64,000 bases of DNA. It comes from Eledone cirrhosa (lineage: Eukaryota). Positions 51,071 through 64,000 of the stretch are shown here, piece after piece. The stretch is from assembly GCA_964016885.1 (NCBI GenBank), contig OZ024743.1:100564001-100628000 (forward strand), written 5' to 3'. The notes under the pieces are model-generated. The model was given only the letters and a program-made list of their open reading frames with translations, made no database searches and was not told the DNA's origin. Every line of letters begins with the position of its first letter. Within the stretch, counting starts at the first letter, position 1. A program made the position numbers and the translations under genes.

Positions 51071-53052
51071 ATCACATCTCTCCCATCAACCCCGAAGAGG
51101 GCCACCTAACAAGGAGTCATTCATCAATATACTTGAAAGTCTATCTCACAGTCTCTGACCTACTTTTCTAAACCCTTCCTCTTCATAGCATCAGTACTCT
51201 GGTGTGGTTGAATGGGGAGAGAATACCAGTCTTTCCATTTTGGAGTGGAGGTTGCAAGCCCATTGCCCTAGCTTCTTGATGAGGAGTACAGTTGAAAACA
51301 TGGGTTAGCATAATTAAGTTGGGTCTTAAGCTAATATCTGATCCTAGCATATATGGTGTCTGACCTGAGACTCGTAATTGATATCTGAGTTTAACATTTG
51401 TGATTGCTGTGCATGGGCAGCCTCTGTTCACAATGTTGTGGCTACACTGGAGCTGGCTCAACCTGAGTAAATGCCATCACAAGTAAAAGTAACCTTGACT
51501 AAACCATTTAGAAAATGTTTATTTAGAAATAAGTATTGATTGTTAATTTGTGATAGTGAAGATCTATTTGTTTTGTGTTTTGTTATCTAGATCATTGACT
51601 CATCATTCTGATTGACATTACTTTTGTTCTTCTGGAGTCCATAAAATTAGAACAAGTATCAAAGAAGAAGGGGGAGGTAGAATAGAGTTTTCAAATGTAG
51701 CATTTAACCTGCTCATTGTGTGTGTGTAGGTGTGAGTGAAAACATCTGCGTGTTTTTTTTTGTTTTGTTTTTTTAATCTAGTATTTGTTTATTTTAAAAT
51801 TTAGATAATACTTGTCTTTTCAGGTTGTGGATAGTTATTTTTCAAAATAAATTTTTTAAAATGAATTCTGTATCCTGTTCAATTAGTTTTTATTTCTTTT
51901 GATATCATGTTCATCAGTAACTATTTATCGTTACTCAAACAATGCCCTCTCTTTGCTTTTCTCTAACCTTCCACACAAAGGTGTTGTCCAAATGTAACCT
52001 GAACACCACACCAAACCGGCACTGGATAGATACTTGGAAAACATTCTCCAATGGGGTTGTATCAATGTCTCCTGCAACAACATTGGTATAGTCACTACTC
52101 ATATGAAAGAAACATAGTTGTATCTTACCATTCCTTGTCATAAACAGCACACAGTTAATAACTTCAACCTAAAAATGAAACTGTTATCTTGTTAAATCCT
52201 TCCAAATTCTTGATTATTTTCAAAATTATTTCAAAATCATAGGTAGTGTCTTTCATTAAAAATATGTTAATGAAACATCCTATTAGATACAACCTGGCAG
52301 GGTTTTATCTAATAGGATGTTTCTAAGGTATCTTAACCCTTTCATTACCATACTTTTAATGACACTATTTAACTGTAAATTTCCTTTTTTTTCCCTTCAC
52401 AATTGCTGATCTCTGTTGGCTATTAAGTGTTCACAACAAAAACTGTGTTCCAAAGACTGGCTTATTGTTAGAACATCTGAGAGATATATAACTGTAGTTA
52501 TACTGTCTTACACATTGTCAATTTAGCTGGTCTCATCTGAGGTTGCATAATTTTCATGCTTGTTCATAGTATATTTCTTGGGTAATTTTACAATAGGGAC
52601 CCTAGTCCTATCAAATCTAATCATCAGTATATAGAGAAACTGGAAGAATTAGCTAAACCTAGGGTCACCAATCTCAGTAGATTTCAAAATAGACATGCTA
52701 GATTTTGAGTGACAAGAACTAGGGGTCCATGATGCTTAGATTAGACTTTAACAGCATGCTCAGTCACCACCTTGAGTATTTCTATATCCCTGACCTTATG
52801 CTAGGTTCATCTATCCTTTTGATAAGTTTTGTTTTGTCCTGCCGAGTTTCTAGCAACCCTCCTTTCTAAGCTATCAAGTCACTCTGAATGCTATTAGTAA
52901 TATGTAACACAGTAACCTGTTACAATGATCAGGTTAATGGCAGCAACTAAACTGGCATACCACCAGTCTAGACTGAGAGATATATAGTTGTATAGCGAAT
53001 AAACATTGATTGGCATAATTCTGGTGGGTAGGGTTCCACATGACTAATTTAA

Positions 53053-53260
53053 CCGTTTAACATTTACATTACTCTATATTTACTATTGTATTTCCACAGT
53101 AAACACTTAATCTCACATAATATCAAATCTACAAGATTTTGATATTATTTATTTTGAGAACAATACCTTAACATAAGTATGAGCAGCCAGTTATGTCTGG
53201 TTTGAACAGAAAGAGGTGAGAGAATTCTGGCCAGATACTGCCGGTTTAAATGGTAAAGGG
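53053..53260. mobile_element. piggyBac-type MITE
   Basis: TTAA|CCGTTTAACATTTA...TAAATGGTAAAGGG|TTAA. Same family as 16204 and 35736. Confidence 0.8.
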
Positions 53261-55163
53261 TTAAATAAACATTATTTCAGTACTGAATGTACTGTCATCC
53301 AGGATTTAAAGGCACATCTCAAGATTAGGATGCTTGAGTTGAGAAAGTACTTTGGTGTTGGGTTACAGAAGGACATCTGCTGTAATATCCATCAACATCG
53401 GATGTTAAAGTATTGTGACCTGAAAAATTATATTTTGTTATAATTACATAAATAGTAAATAGAACAAAAAATGTCCTTAGCTTAATGATTAATTCTGGTC
53501 AAGAAAGACAAGGGAGACAACTGAATACTGTAAAATGTGTTTTACCAGAATGCGTGTTCAGCCATGAAGGACCTTTTACACAGTTCTACTTGTTTTACAT
53601 TATCCAAGAATTGATCAATACATAGATTTATATATGAAAGTCTATGATATTCCGTTTAAGGTACTGCTAATGTATCCAGGATTTAAAGAATCATTATTTC
53701 AATACTGGACATAATGTTATGTAAGAGTTAAAGAAATATCTAAAAACTTGTGTATTCGGGTAGAGAGAATACCTTTTATGTCTGGCTGTAGTATCCTTAT
53801 TGATAGAGGCGTACAATGGGTCTCACCAGTGTACCGCTCTAGCTGGCAGGCTAAACTTAGTGAGGAACTGGATGCTTGGAAAGAGATAGGCACTGCCAAT
53901 CATTTCTAAGGCCCATTGAAATGCCATGATGAACACAGTCAAACGTCCAGGGTAGCACTCCAATGACTGGCTGCACCAGTTGCAGGAACTTGGTTGATTG
54001 AATGTAAGGGTGGTGAAAAAGTAAGTTTCCAGCTTGGTTGTCGACAGTGTGGGTGGAATTAAATATATTGCTTCCTTGCGTGTCTTCAGAGCCAACTAAA
54101 ATGGGTGGCATCAGGAACAGCATTCAGTTGTAAAACTTTACCTCAAAAAGGACTCCATGTCATGGGGCCTGCAAGGTTAACTCCTGTTTTAGTGGAGGAA
54201 AATGGTCTTAAAATACTTGTTTGTTGTGGATGAAAAATATTATTTTTTAGTGTAGAAGGAAAGAATCAAATGTTGAAGAGATTTCTTGTCTGACAACTAA
54301 AAGATTACTGTGGGACTCCATCTATAAAAAGTATAACAAGAACAACACATGACTCATGAGATGAAGTTACTTTGTTACTTGACATTATTTTGATGTCTCT
54401 CTGCTTGCTACTCAGCTATTATGTATGTTATCTCTTATTTTACATGTTGTCTATGGTGTTTATATCAATAACTGTCAGTTGTGTCAGTTGGTTTTGTAAT
54501 TCCAAACATCAGATGTTTCCAAGGTTGTTGTTTAGTTTCAAGTCAGCTCTGAGTAGACTTCTGGCACGCAGTTGTTGTGGCTCACACCTGTATAGGTTTA
54601 GTTTGTATCTCATGGGTCTCTTGCATATTTTATTGTCCTGCTATTCCAAACAGATGTTTAGAGGGTTGTTGCTACTATTTAGCTGCAGTTGTGTTGTTGC
54701 TATTCACATCTGCATAGCTTTAGATGACATCTATGAATTTGATTTCATAGCGGAGTCTTTTGTGTATTTTACTGTCCTGTCTTAGCCAGGTGTGATCTGA
54801 TGATCCAAATAGATATACCGTGCTTCCCACTTGTTGGGAACCATACTGTGTATTCTCAACACAGAGTGTTTAGTCATGGCTAGGGGTTATGTGACAGTCT
54901 AAACATGTTGCAGAGTGATATGGGGTTATGTGACAGTCTAAACATGTTAGTCTCTCCCCTTGTCTATTTCTATACACTTGTTGCTGTTTTTTAGCCCCAG
55001 GTCATCACTGATCAAACAGACCTATGATTAAAGGCATTCAAGCTGTGACCATTGAGTTGCTTTAGAGGTATCTAGGACTACAATATCTATTGTGGATTTT
55101 GCTTTTAAGAGAGTAATGGTGGGGCTGAGCTTAGGAGGTGTTGTGCTAATTGAATGTTACATA

Positions 55164-55202
<39 letters not shown>

Positions 55203-56601
55203 CAATGTGTTATGTGTACTTGACAAACCATGAGTAAACTGGTGTGGTGCAAGGTCCTGTTGGCTAAAGTAAATTGGAGAGTAGGCTGTGATTTTAGGGA
55301 GATATAAATGTGATTAGCTTTAGTAAGGGCATCCAGCTGTAGAAACAGTCAGAAAGGGTTCTGTGTGAATGAAACACGGTCATCTGATCTGACTTGTCTC
55401 ACAATGGGAGAGCCTATCTAATCTATGCTGGTGTGGAAAATGGACATTAAACAATGATGATGATTAGCTGCTTCTAGCAGGTCAAGCAACCATACAGAAA
55501 CTCTGGTGTTGTGAAGACTGAGGAAGACCTGGGTTGAAGTGGTGAAAGCTGATCTCGTCACTGAACCTCACTAAGGAACGTGACAAGTGGAAGGAAGTAG
55601 TGCTGGAGAAAAGACATCCAACTCATGCCAATATGGCAAGATTGATATAAAACGGTGATGATAATATGTGCATACTTACACAAACACAAGATTTACATGC
55701 ATAAATATGAATTTATACTTCCATATACAAACACATTGAGATGAGTGAGAACGATTGTGAGCGAAGGAGGGAAAGGTCAAGAAGGTTTCAAGAGTTTGAA
55801 GAAGGGAAAAAACAGTTTGACATTAAAAAAAAAATGACAGCTTATTTTAGAATGTTTTTTTTACTCCCCACTAACATACTTCCTCAACTGTCTGTGATTC
55901 CTCTTTCTCCCACTTCATCTCTATTAGAACTTTCAGTCTTTCTCCCAATTTTTTCTTGATCTCCTCTGTTTTACTTCAAGGGAACCCCAGACCTGGGATT
56001 TTTTTGGGGTTCATGAATTATTCTGTGTCGGATCTAGATCTCTGTGTCATTGAGAAATGACAATATTGCAGTTATTGTATAGATATCATTAGAAACATAG
56101 CTAGAAAAAGCAGGATATATTTGAACATATATTGTTATGGAATGAGAGGACAGCTACTGTTGTTGCCATGTTAGAGAGGGAGGGGAGGAGAGGGACGTGA
56201 CTTAATAGAAAGAGCAGAAGATATTTTCATATGACTAACAGAAGAGAACAATGTTTATTGTTTCTCCTTTGTCTTTTGTGCTATAGTTGTAATTTCATGA
56301 TCATGTTAGTTCTTTTATTGGTTTCAGTCATTAGACTGCAGCCATACTGGAGCACTTTCTTAAAGAGATTTAGTCAATCTTATCAACCCCCAGTATTTTT
56401 TTTCAAAGTTGATACTTGTTTTATTTATCTCTTTTTTTTGTTTAACTAAGTTCACACACATATATATAATGTGTGTGTTTATACCTCATAAGTTAAATAA
56501 AAAAGTGCTCAGCATATAAATATGTGTGTGTATAACCCATGCTACCGTGGAAAATGGACGTTAAGTGATGATGATATATATACACGCACATATATATAAT
56601 G

Positions 56602-56943
56602 TCATCATTCATCATTTCATTTTACGTCCGCTTTTCCCTGCTAGCAAGGGTGGGATGGGAACTGATTCTGGCTTGATTTCTACAGCTGGATGCCCTTCCT
56701 AACACCAACCTTATTTACAGTGAGTGCTGGGTGCTTTTTTGCAGTGGCACCTCCACGACCACTTTGCAGTGGAATGATATAGACCCCAGTCCCTATCATC
56801 TCATTTCTACAGCTGAGTAAACTGGAGCAATATGAAATAAAGTGTCTTGCTCAAGGAAACAACACATCACCCGGTCTGAGAATTGAACTCACAACCTTTC
56901 GATTGCAAGGCTAATGCTCTAACCATTAAGCCATGTGCCTCCA
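56602..56943 (-). mobile_element. CORE-SINE family A
   Basis: Near-identical to 36671-37009. Confidence 0.85.
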
Positions 56944-57033
56944 TGTGTGTATATATATAATGTGTGTGGATATATATATAATGTGTGTATATATATGTGT
57001 GTATATATATATAATGTGTATATATATATATAT

Positions 57034-57222
57034 AATTGTTTCTACTTTAGGCACAAGGCCAGCAATTACCCAGTGCATTACTGGTACTTTATTTTATCGA
57101 CCCCGTAAGGATGAAAGGCAAAGTCAACCTCGGCGGGATTTGAACTCAGATCGTAAAGGGACGTAACTATGCTGGAAAGCATGGCGTCCGACCCTCTACC
57201 GATACTGCCAATCCACCGCCCA
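57034..57222 (-). mobile_element. SINE family B inserted in a TA-rich minisatellite
   Basis: Full-length copy flanked by (TA)n and tatataatgtg units (56945-57033, 57223-57390). Confidence 0.9.
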
Positions 57223-57894
57223 TTATATATATATATATAATGTGTATATATATATATAATGTGTATATATATATATATATATAATGTGTATATATATATA
57301 TATATATAATGTGTATATATATATATATATAATGTGTATATATATATATATAATGTGTATATATATATATATATATAATGTGTATATATATATCATTTAA
57401 CGTTCATTTTTCCATGGTAACATGGGTTATACACACACATATATATATGCTGAGCTTCTTCAGTTTCCATCTACCAAATTTTCCTCACAAGGCATTGGTT
57501 AGCCCATGGCTATAATAGAAAATACTTGTCGAAGCAATGTCATGTAATGGGAATGAAACTGAAATCTGGTTGCAATGTGAACTGCTTAACGCCATGGCCA
57601 TGCCTAAACATTTAAAAAAAAATTAAGTAGAATATTGGGAAAGAAAAAAATTGTATTAGGCTCTTGTTGACAGGGATATGTAGTGACACCATGAAGATAA
57701 CATTCTCATGTACTTAGCATAGACATCAATACTTTACTCTTTGTCATATTTAACAGCTCTCCTATGAATCGGCATAAAAATCAGATCATTGTTACCATTT
57801 AATGTCCATTTTCCATACTTGCATTGGTTAGACAGCTGTCACATGCTCAGACCTGACTGTCAGGTGACAAGGTCCTGCTTGAACTCTTTGTTTT

Positions 57895-60800
57895 GGCCTG
57901 GGTTCTGTGGGCGGGTGCCCTTCCTAACACCAGCCACTTTACTGTACTGGTAGCATGGGTTCTGTGGCCGGGTGCCCTTCCTAACACCAGCCACTTCATT
58001 GTAATGGTAGCTTGGGTCCTCTGGCCGGATGCCCTTCCTAACGTCAGCCACTTCACTGTACTGGTAGCTTGGTTCTGTGGCCGGGTGCCCTTCCTAACGT
58101 CAGCCACTTTACTGTACTGATAGCTTGGGTCCTCTGGCCGGATGCCCATCCTAACACCGGCCACTTAACTGTACTGGTAGCTTGGGTTCTGTGGCTCAGT
58201 GCCCATCCTAACACCGGCCACTTTACTGTACTGGTAACTTGGGTTGTGTAGCTTGGTGTCCTTCCTAACGTCACCCACTTAACTGTACTGGTAGCTTGGG
58301 TTCTGTGGCCGGGTGCCCTTCTTAACGTCAGCCACTTTACTGTACTGGTAGCTTGGGTTCTGTGGCCGGGTGCCCTTCCTAACACCAGCCACTTTATTGT
58401 ACTGGTAGCTTGGGTTCTGTGGCTTGGTGCCCTTCCTAACGTCAGCCACTTTACTGTACTGGTAACTTGGGTTCTATGGCCGGGTGCCCTACCTAACACC
58501 AGCTACTTTACTGTACTGGTAGCTTGGGTTCTGTGGCCGGGTGCCCTTCCTAACACCAGCCACTTTACTGTACTGGTAACTTGGGTTGTGTAGCTTGGTG
58601 TCCTTCCTAACGTCACCCACTTAACTGTACTGGTAGCTTGGGTTCTGTGGCCGGGTGCCCTTTCTAACATCAGCCACTTCACTGTACTGGTAGCTTGGGT
58701 TCTGTGGCCGGGTGCCCTTCCTAACACCAGCCACTTTACTGTACTGGTAGCTTGGGTTCTGTGACCGGGTGCCCTTCTTAACACCAGCAACTTCATTGTA
58801 CTGGTAGCTTGGGTTCTGTGGCCGGGTGCCCTTCCTAACACCAGTCACTTCACTGTACTGGTAGCTTGTGTTCTGTGGCTTGGTGCCCTTCCTAACACCA
58901 GTCACTTCATTGTACTGATAGCTTGGGTTTTGTGGCCGGGTGCCCTTCCTAACACCAGCCACTTCATTGTACTGGTAGCTTGGGTTCTGTGGCTTGGTGC
59001 CCTTCCTAACACCAGCCAATTTACTGTACTGGTAGCTTGGGTTCTGTGGCCGGGTGCCCTTCCTAACACCAGCCACTTCATTGTACTGGTAGCTTGGGTT
59101 CTGTGGCCGTGTGCCCTTCCTAACGTCAGCCAGTTTACCGTACAGGTAGCTTGGGTTCTGTGGCCGGGTGCCCTTCCTAACACCAGACACTTCATTGTAA
59201 TGGTAGCTTGGGTTCTGTGGCTTGGTGCCCTTCCTAACACCAGCCAATTTACTGTACTGGTAGCTTGGGTTCTGTGGCTGGGTGACCTTCCTAACACCAG
59301 CCACTTTACTGTACTGTTTGCTTGGGTTCTGTGGCCGGGTGCCCTTCCTAACACCAGCCAATTTACTGTACTGGTAGCTTGGGTTCTGTGGCTCAGTGCC
59401 CATCCTAACACCAGCCACTTTACTGTACTGGTAGCTTGGGTTCTGTGGCTTGGTGTCCTTCCTAATCTCAGCCACTTTACTGTACTGGTAGCTTGGGTTC
59501 TGTGGCCTGGTGCCCTTCTTAACACCAGCCACTTCACTGTACTGGTAGCTTGGGTTCTGTTGCCGGGTGCGCTTCCTAACACCACCCACTTCACTGTACT
59601 GGTAGCTTGGGTTCTGTGGCTTGGTGCCCTTCCTAACCCCAGCCACTTCACTGTACTGCTAGCTACGGTTCTGTGGCCGGGTGCCCTTCCTAACCCCAGC
59701 CACTTCACTGTACTGATAGCTCGGGTTCTGTGACCGGGTGCCCTTCCTAAACCCAGCCACTTCAATGTACTGATAGCTTGGGTTCTGTGGCCGGGTGCCC
59801 TTCCTAACCCTCGCCACTTCACTGTACTGATAGCTTGGGTTCTGTGGCTTGGTGCCCTTCCTAACACCAGCCACTTTACTGTACTGGTAGCTTGGTTTCT
59901 GTGGCCGGGTGCCCTTCCTAACACCAGGCACTTTACTGTACTGGTAGCTTGGCTTCTGCGACCGGGTGCCCTTCCTAACACCAGCCACTTTACTGTACTG
60001 GTAGCTTGGGTTCTGTGGCTTGGTGCCCTTCCTAACACCAGCCACTTTCCTGTACTGATATCTTGGGTTCTGTGGCTTGGTGCGCTTCCTAACATCAGCC
60101 ACTTCATTGTACTGGTAGCTTGGGTTCTGTGGCTTGGTGCCCTTCCTAACACTAGCCACTTCACTGTACTGGTAGCTTGGGTTCTGTGGCTTGGTGCCCT
60201 TCCTAAAACCGGCCATTTCATTGTACTGGTAGCTTGGGTTCTGTGGTCGTGTGCCATTCCTAACGTCAGCCACTTTACTGTACTGGTAGCTTGGGTTCTG
60301 TGGCCGGGTGCCCTTCCTAATACCAGACACTTCATTGTACTGGTAGCTTGGGTTCTGTGGCTTGGTACCCTTCCTAACACCAGCCACTTTACTGTACTGG
60401 TAGCTTGGGTTCTGTGGCCGGGTACCCTTCCTAACACCAGCCACTTCACTGTACTGGTAGCTTGGGTTCTGTGGCCGGGTGCCCCTCCTAACACCAGCCA
60501 CTTTACTGTACTGGTAGCTTGGGTTCAGTGGCCGGGTGCCCTTCTTAACACCAGCTACTTCATTGTACTGGTAGCTTGGGTTCTGTGGCCGGGTGCCCTT
60601 CCTAACACCAGCCACTTTACTGTACTGGTAGCTTGGGTTTTGTGGCCGGGTGCGCTTCCTAACACCAGCCACTTCACTACTGGTAGCTTGGGTTCTGTGG
60701 CTTGGTGTCCTTCCTAATCTCAGCCACTTTACTGTACTGGTAGCTTGGCTTCTGTGGCTGGGTGACCTTCCTAACACCAGCCACTTTACTGTACTGTTAG

Positions 60801-63800
60801 CTTGGGTTCTGTGGCCGGGTGCCCCTCCTAACACCAGCCACTTTACTGTACTGGTAGCTTGGGTTCTGTGGCCTAGTGCCCATCCCAACACCAGCCACTT
60901 CATTCTACTGGTAGCTTGGGTTCTGTGGCTGGGTGACTCTCCTAACACCAGCCACTTTACTGTACTGGTAGCTTGGGTTCTGTGGCCGGGTTGCCTTCCT
61001 AACACCAGCCACTTTACTGTACTGGTAGCTTGGGTTCTGTGGCCGGGTGCCCTTCTTAACACCAGCCACTTCACTGTACTGGTAGCTTGGGTTCTGTGGC
61101 ATGGTGCCCTTTCTAACATCAGCCACTTCACTGTACTGGTAGCTTGGGTTCTGTGGCCGGGTGCCCTTCCTAACCCCCGCCACTTCACTGTACTGATAGC
61201 TTGGGTTCTGTGGCCGGGTGCCCTTCCTAACACCAGTCACTGCACTACTGGTAGCTTGGGTTCTGTGGCTTGGTGTCCTTCCTAACACCAGCCACTTCAC
61301 TGTACTAGTAGCTTGGGTTCTGTGGCTTGGTGCCCTTCCTAACACCAGCCACTTTACTGTACTGGTAGCTTGGGTTCTGTGGCCGGGTGCCCTTCTTAAC
61401 ACCAGCCACTTCACTGTACTGGTAGCTTGGGTTCTGTGGCTTGGTGCCCTTTCTAACATCAGCCACTTCACTGTACTGGTAGCTTGGGTTCTGTGGCTTG
61501 GTGCCCTTCCTAGCACCAGCCACTTCACTGTACTGGTAGCTTGGGTTCTGTGTCTTGGTGCCCTTCCTAACACCAGCCACTTCATTGTACTGGTAGCTTG
61601 AGCTCTGTGGCTTGGTGCCCTTCCTAACACCAGCCACTTTACTGTACTGGTAGCTTGGGTTCTGTGGCCGGGTGCCCTTCTTAACACCAGCCACTTCACT
61701 GTACTGGTAGCTTGGGTTCTGTGGCTTGGTGCCCTTTCTAATATCAGCCACTTCACTGTACTGGTAGCTTGGGTTCTGTGGCTTGGTGCCTTTACTAACA
61801 CCAGCCACTTCACTGTACTGGTAGCTTGGGTTCTGTGTATTGGTGCCCTTCCTAACACCAGCCACTTCATTGTACTGGTAGCTTGAGCTCTGTGGCCGGG
61901 TGCCCTTACTAACACCAGCCACTTTACTGTACTGGTAGCTTGGGTTCTGTGGCCGGGTGCACTCTTAACACCAGCCACTTCATTGTACTGGTAGCTTGAG
62001 CTCTGTGGCCGGGTGCCCTTCCTAACACCAGCCACTTTACTGTACTGGTAGCTTGGGTTCTGTGGCTGGGTGCCCTTCCTAACACCAGTCACTTCACTGT
62101 ACTGGTAGCTTGAGTTCTGTGGCTTAGTGCCCTTCGTAACACCAGCCACTTCACTGTACTGGTAGCTTGTGTTCTGTGGCTTGGTGCCCTTCCTAACACC
62201 AGCCACTTCACTGTACTGGTAGCTTGGGTTCTGTGGCTTGGTGCCCTTCCTAACACCAGCCAATTTACTGTACTGGTAGCTTGGGTTCTGTGGCCGGGTG
62301 CCCTTCCTAACACCAGCCACTTTACTGTACTGGTAGCTTGGGTTCTGTGGCTGGGTGCCCTTCCTAACACCAGTCACTTCACTGTACTGGTAGCTTGAGT
62401 TCTGTGGCTTAGTGCCCTTCCTAACACCAGCCACTTCACTGTACTGGTAGCTTGGGTTCTGTGGCTTGGTGCTTTTCCTAACACCAGCCACTTCACTGTA
62501 CTGGTAGCTTGGGTTCTGTGGCTTGGTGCCCTTTCTAACATCAGCCACTTCACTGTACTGGTAGCTTGGGTTCTGTGGCTTGGTGCCCTTCCTAACACCA
62601 GCCACTTCATTGTACTGGTAGCTTGGGTTCTGTGGCTTGGTGCTTTTCCTAACACCAGCCACTTCACTGTACTGGTAGCTTGGGTTCTGTGGCTTGGTGC
62701 CCTTCCTAACACCAGACACTTCATTATACTGGTAGCTTGGGTTCTGTGGCCGTGTGCCCTTCCTAACGTCAGCCAGTTTACCGTACAGGTAGCTTGGGTT
62801 CTGTGGCCGGGTGCCCTTCCTAACACCAGACACTTCATTGTAATGGTAGCTTGGGTTCTGTGGCTTGGTGCCCTTCCTAACACCAGCCAATTTACTGTAC
62901 TGGTAGCTTGGGTTCTGTGGCTGGGTGACCTTCCTAACACCAGCCACTTTACTGTACTGTTTGCTTGGGTTCTGTGGCCGGGTGCCCCTCCTAACACCAG
63001 CCACTTTACTGTACTGGTAGCTTGGGTTCTGTGGCCTGGTGCCCTTCTTAACACCAGCCACTTCACTGTACTGGTAGCTTGGGTTCTGTTGCCGGGTGCG
63101 CTTCCTAACACCACCCACTTCACTGTACTGGTAGCTTGGGTTCTGTGGCTTGGTGCCCTTCCTATCCCCAGCCACTTCACTGTACTGCTAGCTACGGTTC
63201 TGTGGCCGGGTGCCCTTCCTAACCCCAGCCACTTCACTGTACTGATAGCTCGGGTTCTGTGGCCGGGTGCCCTTCCTAAACCCAGCCACTTCAATGTACT
63301 GATAGCTTGGGTTCTGTGGCTTGGTGCCCTTCCTAACACCAGCCACTTTACTGTACTGGTAGCTTGGTTTCTGTGGCCGGGTGCCCTTCCTAACACCAGG
63401 CACTTTACTGTACTGGTAGCTTGGCTTCTGCGACCGGGTGCCCTTCCTAACACCAGCCACTTTACTGTACTGGTAGCTTGGGTTCTGTGGCTTGGTGCCC
63501 TTCCTAACACCAGCCACTTTCCTGTACTGATATCTTGGGTTCTGTGGCTTGGTGCCCTTCCTAACATCAGCCACTTCATTGTACTGGTAGCTTGGGTTCT
63601 GTGGCTTGGTGCCCTTCCTAACACCAGCCACTTCACTGTACTGGTAGCTTGGGTTCTGTGGCTTGGTGCCCTTCCTAAAACCGGCCATTTCATTGTACTG
63701 GTAGCTTGGGTTCTGTGGTCGTGTGCCATTCCTAACGTCAGCCACTTTACTGTACTGGTAGCTTGGGTTCTGTGGCCGGGTGCCCTTCCTAACACCAGAC

Positions 63801-64000
63801 ACTTCATTGTACTGGTAGCTTGGGTTCTGTGGCTTGGTACCCTTCCTAACACCAGCCACTTTACTGTACTGGTAGCTTGGGTTCTGTGGCCGGGTACCCT
63901 TCCTAACACCAGCCACTTCACTGTACTTGTAGCTTGCGTTCTGTGGCTTGGTGTCCTTCCTAATCTCAGCCACTTTACTGTACTGTTAGCTTGGGTTCTG
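57895..64000. repeat. 57-bp minisatellite array, ~107 units, runs off the window
   Basis: Consensus gggttctgtggccgggtgcccttcctaacaccagccactttactgtactggtagctt. All overlapping ORFs show 19-aa periodicity. Confidence 0.97.

Noticed and set aside
57847-63973. Very long ORFs (up to 756 aa) with 19-aa repeats
   Set aside because: The unit is 57 bp (a multiple of 3) and stop-free in three of six frames on both strands. The ORFs switch frame at small indels and the unit derives from a retroelement UTR, so there is no evidence of coding.
57895-64000. CRISPR-like array
   Set aside because: The units are contiguous with no unique spacers, the context is eukaryotic, and there are no cas genes.

Overview
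This is AT-rich, repeat-dense animal genomic DNA. The SINE/LINE/microsatellite landscape suggests an octopus or other coleoid cephalopod, which is an inference. Only two host coding exons are recognisable, both first exons missed by the ORF track and divergently oriented: Arp3/ACTR3 exon 1 (23947-23990, minus) and DAP1 exon 1 (45726-45780, plus). Their later exons were not found, so both first introns appear to run off the window. The rest is mobile DNA: RTE, CR1 and CRE-like LINE fragments, two tRNA-derived SINE families (one a CORE-SINE sharing the RTE 3' tail), non-autonomous Helitrons including a precise head-to-tail pair, piggyBac/hAT-type MITEs, and a >6 kb 57-bp minisatellite derived from the RTE/SINE tail. 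The most interesting signal is at 37.0-38.8 kb. A 422-bp non-coding tandem unit carries an intact minimal type I hammerhead ribozyme (retrozyme / Penelope-pLTR-like) in tandem and inverted copies. It is followed by two fold-back structures built from two other, unrelated hammerhead-like sequences.
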